Source: Felis catus
Taxonomy: Eukaryota
Length of the DNA stretch: 64,000 nucleotides
Direction of reading: 5' to 3'
Assembly: GCF_018350175.1 (NCBI RefSeq)
Contig: NC_058368.1
Span: forward strand, 211,360,001 to 211,424,000
In this document: positions 1 through 14,878 of the stretch, one piece after another
How positions within the stretch are numbered: position 1 is the first letter of the stretch
Layout of the letters: every line of letters starts with the position of its first letter
Position numbers and translations under genes: made by a program
The notes under the pieces: model-generated
Database searches by the model: none
Seen by the model: only the letters and a program-made list of their open reading frames with translations
What the model was told of the DNA's origin: nothing

Positions 1-39
1 AACTGAGCCACCCCGGTGCTCAGATACTTGCCTACTTTA

Positions 40-830
40 AAGTATCTCAGATAAACATCCTATAAGGTAAAATCTATTGCAAGGGAAAAATACACTAACT
101 CTACAGAGTAAAAATTAGACAATGCCTGGACTGGGTGATCAAAATCATTACCACAAGGAAGGCTAGACAGACATCATATGCCTCCAGAAAGGAAACCCTG
201 AGAGCAACACAACATGTCTATGTGGTATTCCAGCTGGAGATACACAACTTGAAGCTAATCATGAGGAGACAGACAAACTCAAAACGATAAATACTCTAAT
301 TAAAAAATATTTTAAAGGGCCAGTATACTAGAGTAACAATGGCATAGACAAAGAAACTGGCCCAGATTAAACAAGACTAAATAAATAAATGCAACACATG
401 ATCCTAAACTGGATTCTGTGCTGAAGTAGAAAAGAAACTGTACAGGACACTAACACAGATCTACTGCTGAAAGTGGAGTACAGGCCAGTGAAGGAGAGGG
501 AAGCAGTATCAATGTTACAAACTTCCTGAAGTTGACAGCTGTACTGTGATCATGTAGCAGAATATACTTATTCTTAAGGAACATGTACTGAAGTACTGAA
601 AGGTAAAAGAGCATTATGGATGTAATCTGCTCTCAAATTAGTCAGGCAAAACCTGTGTGTGTAGAGTGGGGAAGGGGGGAGGGGGGAGAGAAAGGGAGAA
701 AGGGAGGGAGGGAGGAAGAGAATCGTTAAAGCAAACGGGGCAAAATGTTAGCAACAGGTGAATTGGGTGCTCTATATCTATTCTTGCGACTTGCCTGTAA
801 GTTTGACATTATTTCCGAGTGAAAAATAAC
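40..830 (+). mobile_element. Old L1 (L1MC-like) 3' end fragment
   Basis: L1MC-type 3'UTR phrases such as taaatgcaacacatgatcctaaactggattctg and gcaaaatgttagcaacaggtgaat...tttgacattatttcc; subfamily from memory. Confidence 0.65.
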
Positions 831-836
831 TTTTTA

Positions 837-1023
837 GGGTGGCTCAGTCCGTTACGCGTTCGATTCTTGATTTTGGCTCAGGTCATCATCTCACGGTTTG
901 TGAGTTCGAGCCCCACGTCGGGCTCTGTGCTGACAGCACCCAGCCTGCTTGGGATTCTCTCTCTCCCCCTCTCTCTGCCCCTTCCATGTGCTCGCTCTCA
1001 CTCTCAAAATAAACTTAAAAAAA
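837..1023 (+). mobile_element. Can-SINE (carnivore tRNA-derived SINE)
   Basis: gggtggctcagtc head, (CT) region, aaaataaa tail. Confidence 0.9.
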
Positions 1024-1771
1024 TTATTTTACAAAATCTGTTTACAAAAATAATTTTCCAAATCTCCTCACTGCTGCTTTTGTTCTCTTGCTTGTTTCTA
1101 ACTCTCCTGCCCTTGCCACTTCTCTCGCCACTCTACCATTTCTCCCTTCCCTCGGGGTTACACACCAACATCCTTGGTGACCCCACACCACCACTGCCAT
1201 CCTTTCGTCTCCTTTCTCCTTCACTGCGTGTGTTTTGGTTCTTTGTCCCTTGCTGCCTCTACTTTCATTTTCTGCCCTGGTCCCCCCCCCCGCCCTTTAT
1301 AATAGAATCCTTTCAAACATTTCTCTTTTCCTCGCTGTTCCCCAAAGGCAGAGTCCTTCCGCTTCAGCAAATATGGTCTAGGCAGGACACGTTCCTACGC
1401 TGGCAGCAATGGCCCGCACAGGAGCGTGAGGGCGGGAAGGGAGTCTGCCTGCAACAGCAGAGATTAGCTTTGGTCTAGATTAGCTTCTGGTTGTCCGTGT
1501 GACTATGCCTTCTTTGTCACAACAAGCAACATTTCTTTCTGGAGACGCATCCGTGTTTTAAAAAGCAGCTATTACACAGGAATACTGGCGTGAATGAGAA
1601 TCAGTACAACATGCTTAACTGCTGGTACAGATCCTTCTTCCTCCTCTGTTAGACAGAAACCCCCCAAGAAGACATGGGAGGGCTGGTGTCCAACTGCCAC
1701 AAGCACTTTCTCTTTAGGACTTTCAGAGTTACACTTCACCCTCAGAAGAAAAGGGGAGTTTAAAGATATTA

Positions 1772-1957
<186 letters not shown>

Positions 1958-2006
1958 TTAGAAACTGCATTTCCGGAGACAAAACAATGTTACTAGCATT
2001 TGATTA

Positions 2007-2053
<47 letters not shown>

Positions 2054-2454
2054 GAGGGTGCAAGAGAGAGTAGAGAGAGAGAATCCCACAAAAGGCAGGG
2101 GAGGGGTAAAGAAGGGGGGGGAGAGAAAGAGAGACGGAGAGAGAGGGAGGGAGGGAGGGAGGAAGGGGGGGGAGAGAGAGAGAGAGAATGGGAGGGAGGG
2201 AGGGAGGGAAAGAGAAAGAAGCAGAGGAAGGGGGGAGGGGGAGAGAGGGGGAGAGAGGGGGGGAGAGAGAGAGAGACATTGGGAGGGAGGGAGGGAAGGA
2301 AAGAGAAAGAAGCAGAGCTCACCTGGGGCTCATGTTATTTTTTTTTTAACCCAAAGCCGGGCACAAGCTCATCCAAAACAGAGCTCGAATTCACCAACCG
2401 TGAGATCATGACGCGAGTCGAAGTCAGATGCTTAACTACTGAGCCATCCAGTGC
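2007..2454 (-). mobile_element. Degenerate Can-SINE with an expanded purine/pyrimidine tract and (CTAT)11 in place of the tail
   Basis: SINE head at 2380-2454; flanking direct repeats ctag(c/g)atttgattac at 1993-2007 and 2455-2469. Confidence 0.75.
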
Positions 2455-4252
2455 CTAGGATTTGATTACCTTTTAAAAGCAACCCTGAATTATAAGGGAA
2501 GGCTTCCAAATAAATCATTTTATCTTTCAAGTTCTTCTCACAAATACACTGAAAAGACTCAAAATCTTCTCAAAGTTCTCAGTATGAGCTAAGTTCAGAA
2601 AACCAAATGCCGCTTTCATGGTTTTACCACAAAGAAGTTTTTTCAACAAAGGTTTTTTAGTTTACTTCTTGAGCAAGATTTGATGCAAACACATTTATAA
2701 CTGTAACCTACTCTTAACTGCTTCAATAAACTTAAGCTTATAACACTCCATCGTTATTTGACAGGCTGGTCATAAAATAGCATATTACATGTAAACTTTA
2801 GCACGTCCTTACGCTCTGTTTTTTCATAAGCTTAGGGCTTTATTACAACAAATAATTACTACCAATACAGTTCGCAAAATGTAAGCAACTATAACACTGA
2901 ATTCAAAGTCTTTGAAAAATCCCATAATCTATCTTTATAAGGAATAAAACAAGTAACTTGACTGCCACTGAGATCAATAAATGAGATCATGCAATGAGAT
3001 CAATAAAGATCCCAAGGTACTCTTCTATAGTCTACATTTTGATTCTTTATATATAGGTGATGTGAATATGATTTTGAAGGACATTCTCACTGAAATCATA
3101 AATTATCAAAACACATCCTAATATTAACATTTAGTAAATAATATTATTGTCAATTCCTTGTACCCTTTCAATATATCGTGTAAATGAAATAACCTTTGAT
3201 TAATCAAATATTTAATGAAGATTGTTGGATTTGAAGTCAAAATCTGGATCTATAAATGGCCATATGTTCTCAGGCCTATGTCCTAGCTTCTCAGTCTTAG
3301 TTTCCGCTTCAGTAAAACTGCTATCATTTTATGAGCAAAACGTACATTTAAAGGGTATTGTGTGAGGATCAAGTACACTCTTGTATATAAAAGCACTTCA
3401 AAAATTATAAAATTCCACCTCATCATGCCACCTCACGTTTATAGACTGCTTTACAATTTTCAAGAGACTTTCACACATACTACTTCTAAGTCATTAATAA
3501 AACATTTCATTTCCTGATCATTTTGAGTAAATAAAAATCCACCATTTTATCATTTGGGCTACCCACGTGTAGGTAAGGTGAAACTGACTAAGCTGTGTGT
3601 AGATCATTCCACGTTATTTCTCGTGGAGCAGCTAGAGACCATGCGGAAGGTCAGGTACTCTCAACAAGGCCTAATCTTGCCTTTCGCGGCAGTCACATCC
3701 CTTGTGCTGTAACGAGAGAGGCACAGAAATGACACACTACAGCACACCAGGGGGAGACCCTCAACAAAGTGAGAAATGGGAGGAAGAATTTATATAGCTC
3801 ACAGAGGCTCCTGTACAACATTAGTTTTTCTGGGAAGAGTTGATGTTAAAACTTGACCTACTGCGAGCTTCCCTGCAGTTTTTAAGTAACCAGCAGTCAC
3901 ACCTGTCACTGTGCCCACTTGGCAGATCATGTATGCAGTCAGAAGCACAAACTGTTCAAAACACGGCCAGAAAAGAGTTTACTAATCAAATTATAGGGAT
4001 CGGACTACTTCAGTGGACTACCTTTGCTTGGCCTATACTGGACTGTTTTTCATCTGAATTATCTGCCACCTTTAAAAACTGGAAGACGTCACATAAAAGT
4101 CCGGATTTCCAGCTCTGCTTAAAAAGCAGACGGGCATGAAAACACCAGCCACAGCTGACTGGAACTCCGAGGTCTCCAGGTTTGCATCTGTTCTCCTTTC
4201 ATCTGCGCATAAAAACATTTACTTTCTAAAGTTTCTTAACGAATGAAGTTAC

Positions 4253-4404
4253 CATCATGCCCGTCTCTGAGCTCAGGCCCCTCCATTTCATCTTCGGCTG
4301 AGCCGTCTCCAAACTCCTTCTCGTAGCGCGCCTCCATCTCCTTGAGCTCCCTCTCCAGGTCGGCCGTGGTCATCCAGCTCTGTTCCTTGTACTGGCCAGC
4401 CAGT
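4253..4404 (-). CDS. DNAJC21: DNAJC21 coding exon 6 (152 bp)
   Basis: (K)[50 protein letters not shown](G); ctag|A and G|GTAAC. Confidence 0.95.
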
Positions 4405-5219
4405 CTAGACACACAGCATAGTCTCTCACTCAGAAGCAGGTCTGCACACGGTTCTACTTGCTCTTTGGGCTGACAATCCATCCCCCAGAGAGCTCCTTCC
4501 TCCCAAGCCGTCAGCGCTTCCACACTTTTAAAACCTGGGCTTAGTTCCAGCGGGGGCAAAGTCACTGATCTGTTCTGTTATGTGCTTATGTGATTCAAAC
4601 TGCTTATTAGATGATGGGCTTTGAAACCTAGAACTCTTAGCAAGTTATTAAAAGTCTTGAGGTACTTTGAAATTCTAAGTGTCAAGTAAGGTGCTAATTT
4701 TCCAAAGATGAAGGGTGGGGTGGGTAGAATTGGAGAAGTGAGTAATTTTTAGAATGCTCTGGACCCGATGCTCTCGCGCTAACTCACAAACTTTACAGGC
4801 ACAAGAATGAACTACATATCTGGAGTACACCGACAGACACAGCATCGCACTGGGGTGCAAAGCCAGGGCCCTGCACAGACTTCTCGGGCCCAATTCCTGC
4901 CTGTGTGACTTCCCGGCTATGGGATCCTGGACCTCTCTGCCTCGCTCCCTCAAAGGAACGAGGATCAAAACCAGAACCTACTTTGCAGATCTGCTGTGAG
5001 AAGAGAGCTTAGAACAGGGCCTTGCACGGAGCAAGAATTCAAATTAAGAGTCACTATCATTACATCTCACAAGTGTCTGCAAAGGATCTGAAGAATAAAG
5101 GGATTCAAAAGAAATACATTTTCATGGTAGATGAAAAACTGTCAACACCAGGATTTAAAAAAACAAGACGAAGCCAGGATGACGATCTGGCCCCCTCTCC
5201 CCCTGGAAAGCACCCGTCA

Positions 5220-5582
<363 letters not shown>

Positions 5583-5937
5583 CTAGAGACAAAGACAACA
5601 AGTCAAATGCCGTGGTGTAAGATTTTTTCCTTCAGTGAGGCAGCAAAAATCAGTGACACTAAACATCTTTTTCATATACATAATATCACTACTAATCCAT
5701 GGAGAAGACAATCCTTTTAAGGCTTTACAGAATAAATCCCTCTCCAGAACAAACTGAAGGAGGCAATTAATGGGATGGGACCACGCTCAATAAACAGGGA
5801 CAGTAAAAACGGAGGCTGTGAGGGAGCTGAAAGCCCCTCCAGAAGGAGAGAGGAAGAAAGTTACAGCACAGGACCCAGAACTAGGAACCCGTCTTTTTAA
5901 ATAGAGGCGGGGGGAGACACTAATAAAATGCTAATTA

Positions 5938-6087
<150 letters not shown>

Positions 6088-6168
6088 CTAAAAAACAGTA
6101 GCAGAAACACAAATTCTTAACACTTTTCTGTCTGATCACAGAATAAGATTTTAAAATGTAAGATGAAA

Positions 6169-6386
6169 GGGCGCCTGGGTGGCTCAGTCGGTTAGGCGTC
6201 CGACTTCGGTTCAGGTCACAATCTCACGGTCTGTGAGTTCAAGCTCCGCGTCGGGCTCTGCGCTGACAGCTCAGAGCCTGGAGCCTGCTTCAGGTTCTGT
6301 GTCTCCCTCTCTCTCTGACCCTCCCCCGTTCATGCTCTGTCTCTGTCTCAAAAATAAATAAACATTAAAAATAATTTAAAAAAAAA
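6169..6386 (+). mobile_element. Can-SINE (feline type)
   Basis: gggcgcctgggtggctcagtcggttagg head; direct repeat aaatgtaa(g/c)atgaaa on both sides. Confidence 0.93.
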
Positions 6387-6569
6387 TTAAATGTAACATG
6401 AAAACCTTTAATGTTAAGGAATTACAGACCCGAGCTCTGTCACCGCAAGAACATTTAGGTTTCACCTGGAGGTTTTCATATGCTGACAGTTTAAATATGA
6501 AGCCAATGTGTTTTCAGTTTCCAAAATGAACACTGCTTCACCTGTTATAATTTTAAGAATTCTCTTTGT

Positions 6570-6770
6570 GGGACGCATGGGTGGCTCAGTCAGTTAAGTG
6601 TCCGACTCTTGGTCTCGGCTCAGGTCATGAGTCTCGTAGTTCATGGGTCTGAGCCCCACGCAGGACTCTGAGCTGACAGTGTGGAGCCTGCTTGGGATTC
6701 TGTCTCCCACTCTCTCTGCCCCTCCCCCACTCATGCACGTGTCTCTCTCAAAATAAATACGCTTCAAAAA
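6570..6770 (+). mobile_element. Can-SINE
   Basis: SINE head, body and tail; flanking gaattctcttt repeat. Confidence 0.9.
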
Positions 6771-6838
6771 GACAAAGGGAATTCTCTTTATGTTTGAAAG
6801 TCTTGCGCTTGATACAAAATTAAGAGTGAGTTCACTTA

Positions 6839-7030
<192 letters not shown>

Positions 7031-8421
7031 TTACTCTGAAATAGGCCAAATATTATTATTATTATACATTTTATGTCCAGTCCACAACTGAAAAAAAATT
7101 TTTTAAATACCAACATGAAAAGAATAATCTTTCACAAAACTGCTGATTAAAACTATGACTGCAACTTCCAATATGCTGCAGGCATCACACAGTACTTGTC
7201 CATCCGAACGATGGAATTTAACAAGCCAGGGAATTCCCAGGACACTCCCAGAAAAGCAGCTGCATTTTACTAAAGTCAGCACTGGACATAACCTGCTCCA
7301 CAGACTCCTTATACATTTGTGATCAGATCTACCACCAACATCGACCAGAACAAGACTCTTTGTAGGGTTATGTAAACAGTCTAGGAGCTTCACACACACA
7401 CAATCACTGTTTATGATAACTCTGTAACGTTAGTTCTTACCCCTAAAGATAGAAGAGGAAATTGAAGCTCAGCGATATTTAATAACTTGCTGTCCATCAT
7501 CACAAACCCAATAAGTGGCAAAGCTCAGGCCTCCTGCAACCGAAGGGCTGTGCTCCCAGCCACAGTGCAGCCAGGCCTGCAGGCAGCAAGATTGTTAACA
7601 GGGGCTTCAGAAGAAAGGACAAGAGAGTCCTTAGGACAAGGAGAAGAGCACAGAGCCAAGGAAGTCAGGAAAGAATTTAAGCATTCTCTAAGGCCAGATC
7701 TCCAAATTCTTAGGGAGGAGAAACATGTAGGAGATTCTCTCTGATTTTTATATAAAAGACAATTTGTGACGATTTTTCTTTACAGCCTTTCTCCCTGACA
7801 GCCAGCCGTGCGCTGTACGTTTTTTAACACACAGAAGACTCCCACAACAGCACCGAACCCCGAGCTCTTCGTAACAGCAGGCTCTTACACAGTTACGTCG
7901 GGGCTTAAAACCTATTCCTTTGTAGCAAAGAGTTCATCAAGGATCTGAAAACTCAACTTTAAACACAGAAATTCTTGTATCAGGTCAGCATAAGTAAAAG
8001 TATCCATCATAGATGTAGTAGCTTAACTCAATTTCTTCATATGAAGTAGTTCTTAGAGAAGCCTTGCAATTCTTGCATTGACACGTATGTGTTTTTTTCA
8101 GGACAAGTCAATATGCTTGTCCAACACCAGTAAGTTTGTCACACACCAAAGAGATCCCATTTAATGAGAAGTTACATCACCGGTATCAAAGTCAAATCCG
8201 TTTAATATTGCCAAACTTTGTCCCATCACCCATAAAATGAATCACCTCTAAGGTTCCTTCAACCTTAATACTACATTTTATATAACGAATAGCTGAGAGA
8301 CGCCTCAGAACACACCGAAACATCTAACGTCCACGTCTATATGTGATGTATTTTTTAAATCCTCTACTGATCACTCCTTCCAAGAAAACACACTAAGATA
8401 AGAGGGACAGTGTGACGCTCA

Positions 8422-8547
<126 letters not shown>

Positions 8548-8994
8548 TCAAACAAGTAGAGGACAGTATCTGAAAGGGACCTCTTTCATCACAAATGTCA
8601 TAAACAGATGAGGCGTGTACAAAACAAAGGAAAACAACCAGGGAAAGGCCAAGAGACCTGGGGGAGAGTTGATAATTAGAATCTGTGAGAAGTATCTACT
8701 TGAGTGGAAATTTCATGCTTTCCCCTCAGCCGTGGTGCATCCCTGAGTACTCAAACTGGATAGCCACCAGCAGAAAACCCTGACTAGTACACATTTTTAG
8801 AAAAAGCAAAACACATATATCAAACCAGTTACAGACAACTTACTTAGTATTATGTTTACTCTTCACACTGTTTTTCTTTCTCATCAACATATATCAAAAT
8901 AAACCTCATAAAGCTTTAAAATATATAGACTAAATATTCTTCCCTTAGCTGTGCTTCCTTAACTACAGAATTCAGGGAACATCTTTGCCTCAGG

Positions 8995-9505
8995 GAGGTG
9001 GCCAGCTTGTAAGACGGCCCCCAAGGGCCCCCAAGGATCCCCAGCTCCCGGCATTCACACCCTGTGTAGTCCCCTCACAGGTCACCAGGGGTGGTCTGTG
9101 TGACCAACAGTGGGCAGCAGAAAGGATGGCAGCATGGTAAGTTACTTCTGAGATTAGTTTAAAAAAGACTGCAGTTTCCATCTTGGACTCTTGCTCTGTC
9201 TTGGGTCACTCTGGGAGTAGCCGGATGCCAGAGCATGAGGACACTCAGGTGGCCCACGTGGAGAATGGAGGCCTGTGGCCTGTAGCCAGCAAGGAAAGGA
9301 GGCGTGCCAATATCATGTGAGATTGAAAGTGGGTTTTCCCACTGAAGATATGACCTCATGAGAAACCCTGAGCCAAAACCACTAGCTAAGCCATTCCCAC
9401 ACTCTGAACCTCAGAAACTGAGTCCATGATGAACATGTTTGCTGTGTCTGTTGTTTTAAGCCCTAAGTTTTTGGTAATTTGTTATGTAGTAACAGATAAG
9501 TGATA
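8995..9505 (+). mobile_element. MaLR (MLT1-like) solo LTR
   Basis: typical MLT1 ends: gacggcccccaag...cacaccctgtgtagtcccctc and ttgttttaagccctaagtttttggtaatttgttatgtagtaacagataa. Confidence 0.75.
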
Positions 9506-9789
9506 TGCTCAGGAAGTTAAATGTTTGAATCTACTATGAAGCATTCCAAAATTTCATAAGCTACAACTCAATACTTGCCCTCTAAGACTGGAGGAAAAGT
9601 GTGATAGAAACATACTCCCTACGAAGAATCTTGCAGCCTTAGAATAAGACCTTCGAGGACATCCTGCCTCTTCTTTTTAGGTACCATCACACTGGTGCCC
9701 AGTCCTTCAGGTGGTATTCTGCTCAATTATCACTGACGATACTTTCTCAAATGCACCAATTTGCCACAGCTCTTCTTGTTAAGATACTT

Positions 9790-9992
9790 TTTAAAAAATG
9801 TTTATTTATTTATTTTGAGGGAGAGCATGTGGGTGCAAGCGGGGAAGGGGCAGAGAGAGAGAGACTCTCAAGCAGGCTCCACGCTGTCAGCACAGAGCTC
9901 TACGAGGGGCTCAAACTCATGAACTATGAGATCATAACCTGAGCCCAAACCAAGAGTCAGACACTTAACCAACTGAGCCACCCATGCACCCC
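9790..9992 (-). mobile_element. Can-SINE
   Basis: reverse-strand SINE; target-site duplication aagatacttt. Confidence 0.9.
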
Positions 9993-10450
9993 AAAGATAC
10001 TTTAACACAAAAAGTTTTCCACATTATTTTAGAATCACGGCCCTGTTAAATTGGAAGGAAAAAAAATCTCCATCCCTGCAGCCTAACTATAAATGAAAAG
10101 TAATATGATGCAAGTCTAAATCCCTTTCCACAGTGTAGTCCATCTGAAGACAGTCAACAGTCATCTCATAGTCAACCTTCTCCCTGCACAAAATATTCCC
10201 ATTTCTTAGGGCACACCACAATCCCCTACCTGCAATGCAGTTGAAGACAGGCACCAATAATCAAGGAGCCAGTCATTACTTCCTTTTCTTCACACTACTT
10301 TTAATCACTACAGCTCACTGCATTAACCTTCGGTGACATCATTACCTCATGCTGAATTTACAGCTGACAATGTTTCAAGTCTTTTGCATACTACTGACAA
10401 GCCAACTAACAACTATATAATGGACTTTTTAAAATTCAGATATAGCTCAA

Positions 10451-10671
10451 GAGGTGCCTGAGTGGCCCAGTCGGTTAAACGTCTGACTTTTAATTTTGGT
10501 TCAGGTCATGATCTCAAGGTTCAGGAGATTGAGGCTGAGTCAGGCTGGCATCAGGCTCCGTGCTGGGATTCTCTCTCTCCCTCTCTGCCTCACCCTCACT
10601 CATACTCTCTTTCTCTCTCTCTGTCTCTCACACACTCTCTCAAAATAAATAAATAAACTTAAAAAAAAAAA
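10451..10671 (+). mobile_element. Can-SINE
   Basis: ggtgcctgagtggcccagtcggttaa head; (CT)n; A tail. Confidence 0.88.
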
Positions 10672-10699
10672 CCCACTCAGATAAAGCTCTTAATCCATT

Positions 10700-11125
10700 C
10701 TGTGGCAGGCACCAAATGCTAGATCATCCAACACCTCTCCCCTTTCTTCTTGCAGCCTCTACTGTGGGGGCTGGATAAGCGAAAGTACTTACTTTCCCAG
10801 CCTCCCTTGCGGCTAGAATGGCCCTATGACACAGTTCCGACCAATGAGATGACAGCAGAAGTCTATTAGTGTTATTTTCTTTCCTTCCTCTTTCTTCCTG
10901 TCTTGCATGTGGACATGATGTTTGGTGCTTCAGCAGCCATCTTGAGACCACTGAAACATGAACCACTGAAACAATGCCAGCAGGAACCTACCTCCAAGCC
11001 TTCTCGCAGTGAGGCAGTGAGAGAGTGAGAGAGAGAGAGAGACAGACAGACAGAGAGAACCTTCTTAATTTTTTGTAAGCCACTGCAGCTAGGTTTTCTG
11101 TTATTTCCAATGAACACAATAAAAC
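10700..11125 (+). mobile_element. Ancient ERVL/MaLR-type LTR (LTR16/LTR33/MLT1K-like)
   Basis: cccagcctcccttgcggctag...gaccaatgagatg and gcagccatcttg motifs; aagccactg...ggttttctgtta end. Confidence 0.6.
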
Positions 11126-11239
11126 CTTGGATGGCAAGTAACTTGTTCTGCGAGTGTTCCACAAGATGAGAAAACATTTCTAGTACATTTTAACTTGACA
11201 AACGAGTGATATCTTACAATACAAGTAGCACATGATGCC

Positions 11240-11359
11240 AAAGGTCACATGAACACAACTGAACCAACGGTTTCTGAAATTCGCTTTAATATAGGAGTGC
11301 TTTGGATTACAAGCATGTTTCCAGAACAAATTATGCTCGCAAGCTAAGGCTTTACTGTA
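11240..11359. mobile_element. Possible Tigger/Tc1-mariner terminal fragment
   Basis: ends in ...aaggctttactg followed by TA, a Tigger-like terminus. Confidence 0.4.
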
Positions 11360-11469
11360 CTACCAAATTCCGTTTTGTTGTGGCCCTGCTGCATCAGGTT
11401 TTAGGTAACACAGGACACTCAGTGCCCTGTTGTAATTATTTTAAATTTTGATTACCACTCTGCGAAAGA

Positions 11470-12365
11470 TACTAGTAGTTGTCTACCCCATATCTAGTCT
11501 CATCTTCTTTCTAACAAAACCCTGATTTTGTTCACAGTGGTAAAGTACCCAGTTAAAAAATTCACCGCCCCAGAATTTCTTGAGGTTGGGGATATCAGGT
11601 GACCCAGGTTTAGCCAAGGAGATATAAACACATGCCTACCAATTGAAACTTCCCAGGAAAGGTTTTATTTTCCCCATGAAACGAATGGGCTTTGGTGGCA
11701 TTCACTTTTTGCCCTTAATGCAGCCCAAAGCCAGGATATAAGGCCTACAGGTGATGCTGAGGATTAAGGCAGAGACTGCTAGTTCATCCCCTTCTCCCAG
11801 TAACAAGTGAACCCTGATTTTGTGGTGGGCATCTGGTCCTGTAATAAAAACTCCATTTCTCAGTCTCCTTTGAAGCTGGGGCAGGACCATGACTAAGCTG
11901 TCGTTGAACACGTGTAAAAGTGTTCTATGACAGCTTTTAAAAGTCTTCCTTGAAAGGCAACTGGCAGGCACTCTCTGTCCCTGCTCTCTCCTGTCCTCCT
12001 CCACTCTGCTCTCTGGGATCCCCAACTGCCACCCTGGACAGCAAGTGAGGGCCCACCTACGAGCGGCTGAGCAGAGTCCACGGACCCGGTGGAGGAGAAC
12101 CGCTCCATGGCAGCCTGCCTGCCTCAGCACCACTCCTCGAGAGAGCAACAAACTATCTTTGAGGCTTAATTGCTTATACTTGGTGCGAGCGCTCAAGCCT
12201 TCTGGTCAGGACCCTGGAGCAGGTCTTTGAAGGTTTCATCAAGCAGCCGGGGCTACCAAGCTGGGCCACCGGTGGATTCCTTGCTAGGTGAGAAAAACAA
12301 AACTACTTGGTTTAGTTACTGCAGCCAGCCTCCCGTCACACGCAGCTCAACACAGTCCTGATCTG
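11470..12365 (+). mobile_element. Cluster of old ERVL/MaLR LTR fragments
   Basis: repeated aaccctgattttg, gcaggaccatgactaag and tagccaaggagatataa motifs typical of MLT1/LTR16-class elements. Confidence 0.5.
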
Positions 12366-14878
12366 CCTTCAAGGGGAGAGTCCAGCTAAAAACGCTCATG
12401 ATTTCTACATCTTCATCAAATCATTCATAAACTTTTTGTCAGATAAATAAAAAAGCACAGTCCAAATTACAGAGGGGTGGCAGAAAATGCCAGCAAATAA
12501 ACCTTCCCACATAAAACAAAAAAGGTGACTGGGGGAGGTAGGTGGGTGGTTCTTCTTCACCTTTTAATCAGTACTGTACTTTGTTGTCCTGTTTCTTCCC
12601 ACTCCCTTCCTTCCTCCCCCAAAGAAATGTGGAGAAAGCTCAAGCTTTTAAACACATGAAGTCCGTCAATGCACCAGCTGAAAATAAGATCTAACCCCTT
12701 ACTGAAGCATCTTTCTTAAATATTTTTTTCAGTCTGTCATATGGCTTTTTATTTCACTTAAATATACCTGAAAGGGTTGACCATGTTAAACTGGGATCTA
12801 AAATAAAAAATGCAGGAAGGTAAAAAGCAATAATAAAGAAACAGAAAGCCCACATTTATTACTAGCCACATGCAAAGGCCACAGGCATTGCAAATCCAGC
12901 TGAAAAAGTTTAAAAGACATTCTCACACTATTCTTTGTGCTTTTCTCCTGATCCCCTGACAGTCTCTTCTATTCCCTCCTAGACATTTTTACAGTGCCTT
13001 CCAGAAGATTTCATGGATTGAGCCTTTTACGTCCTGCCTTGACGGAGGCCAGGCTCCCTTAAAACACCACTTCCCCTGCCCCTTCAGCTGCAGCCCTCAC
13101 AGGGCAGGGCTGGTGCTGGAGCCGCATCCTCCTGGTTCCTGGCCTCTGGTCCTTTACTCATCCCCGAGGGCAAACTAGCATTCCTTCCAGACTATTCATT
13201 GGCCACCACCCACCTTCTTCCCCTTCTCACCGTCCAAGCAGCTCTCAACCCCTCCCCCACTTAACTCACTGAGAATTCTGGCACTTGGCTCGATTTCCAT
13301 CCCCAGGTCCCATCATCACCATGGGTCTTCAACGTACCTTGACCTTCTGGTCTCCCTACCTCCAGTCTTGCCTGCTCCAATGTACTCTCTCCATAACAGC
13401 CAGAGAGATGCTCGAAAAACAAAAACCCCTGCTTCCAACTCTTCAGTGGCTTCCCAATGCCCTGTGGTGAGAATCCAATCTGCCTAATCCAGTTTACCCC
13501 AACCTCCAAGACCTGGCTGCTGGCCACCTGGCCATGCTTATGTCTTTTCCCTTCCCGCACTCTGCCATGCTTTGTCTTGCCTCCCTCCACCTGTATTCCC
13601 TGCTTTCTGGTGTTAGGTCTCACCTTAAAGTCCCTTCTTCAGAGATGAACATCTATCCCACCCATAACAAACTTAGTCCAGGTCATGTATGTGTGCTGAT
13701 AAGCATCTTCTATTTGCTCTCATGTGGCTCTTATCTCACCAGACTGAAATTGCCTGTTTTCCTGTGACTCCCTGAAGACTATACGTGCCAGCAGAAGGCA
13801 GGGACCATTCCTGTCTCATGTACACAGTAAAGTGCTCAGGGCAGTCATCTGATAAAAGCCTTCCCTTCACTAGACAGTACTGTTCACCCTGAGAATTATT
13901 TTCAGTTGCTCAATTAAAAAAAAAAAAAAAACCCAGAAGAAATTACCTTTAACAGTGAAAAATGAGCAGCCTCTCACCTTGAGGTACAAATCATTCTTTG
14001 AAAAAAAGTCCATACGTCAACCTCAGAAACATCTAACATGGGACCTTGCTCATAGAATGAAATTAAACATCTGCCGAGTGACGAACTGAACAAATTAACA
14101 GGCCAGCACAGCAAAGTATATCAGAATCATGTATCTCCTGGAAGAGTATGTATCCTTTAAAGGTATAAGCATCTTCAAACCAAGAGATATTTAGGATGCT
14201 ATGACTTATGATGGCATTCAGAGAAGATATTCACATTTAGTTACTAACTGGTTTGGTTTCAAAATAGTTAACTGATGTTTTTAGTAACATTTGCATACTT
14301 CTTCCTTGCACTGATTTCCAAGTAATCACCAAATCTGGTCATTTTTCCTTTACAGCATCTCTTCGACCCAGCCCTGCCCTTCCCTCACACTGATCCCCAA
14401 CCTGGCTTGGGCCCTTATTTGTCACGGTGGACTCTAACAGACTTCTGTCTCTCTTTAATCTACTCAGTTCCCATCACAGTACCTCCTCAAGATATCTTAA
14501 TAAAATCAGCTTCAACCCTCCGTTATCAAAAAACAAATTTCACAGTCCTTAGCCTAACATTCAAGACGCTTTACAATCTAATCTTAAAACTACTTTTCAA
14601 AAACATCGGAACACTGTCATCAAAATGTATGTATTGGGTCACAAGCATTAATCCTTTCTCACACTTTCCCAGCCAGAGAGTGTCAAGGAATTCCTAACTT
14701 CTTTCTAATTCCTAATTCAATTTCTGATGACAACCTCTATTACTCTAAGAATATGTTTCTACGCGGTTTTTGTATTTACTAATTTTGGATATAGCTACTG
14801 ACTTCCTGCTGTAACAAACGTTTAGCTTACTTCTTCCTTTCCAATACACGTTTAGCTCCTCTGCGGGTAATCACTACC

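Noticed and set aside
819..1478. 219-aa ORF on the plus strand
   Set aside because: Non-ATG start, runs through a SINE and low-complexity C/T sequence, antisense in a DNAJC21 intron, no recognisable domain
2000..2458. Several overlapping ORFs rich in R/E/G or S/L/P
   Set aside because: Translations of the (CTAT)n and GA-rich repeat
6169..6260. tRNA-like A/B-box sequences here and at every SINE head
   Set aside because: These are the tRNA-derived heads of Can-SINEs, followed by SINE body and A tail; not tRNA genes
11702..12196. 164-aa minus-strand ORF in DNAJC21 intron 1
   Set aside because: Lies in old LTR fragments; no gag, pol or env similarity that I can recognise
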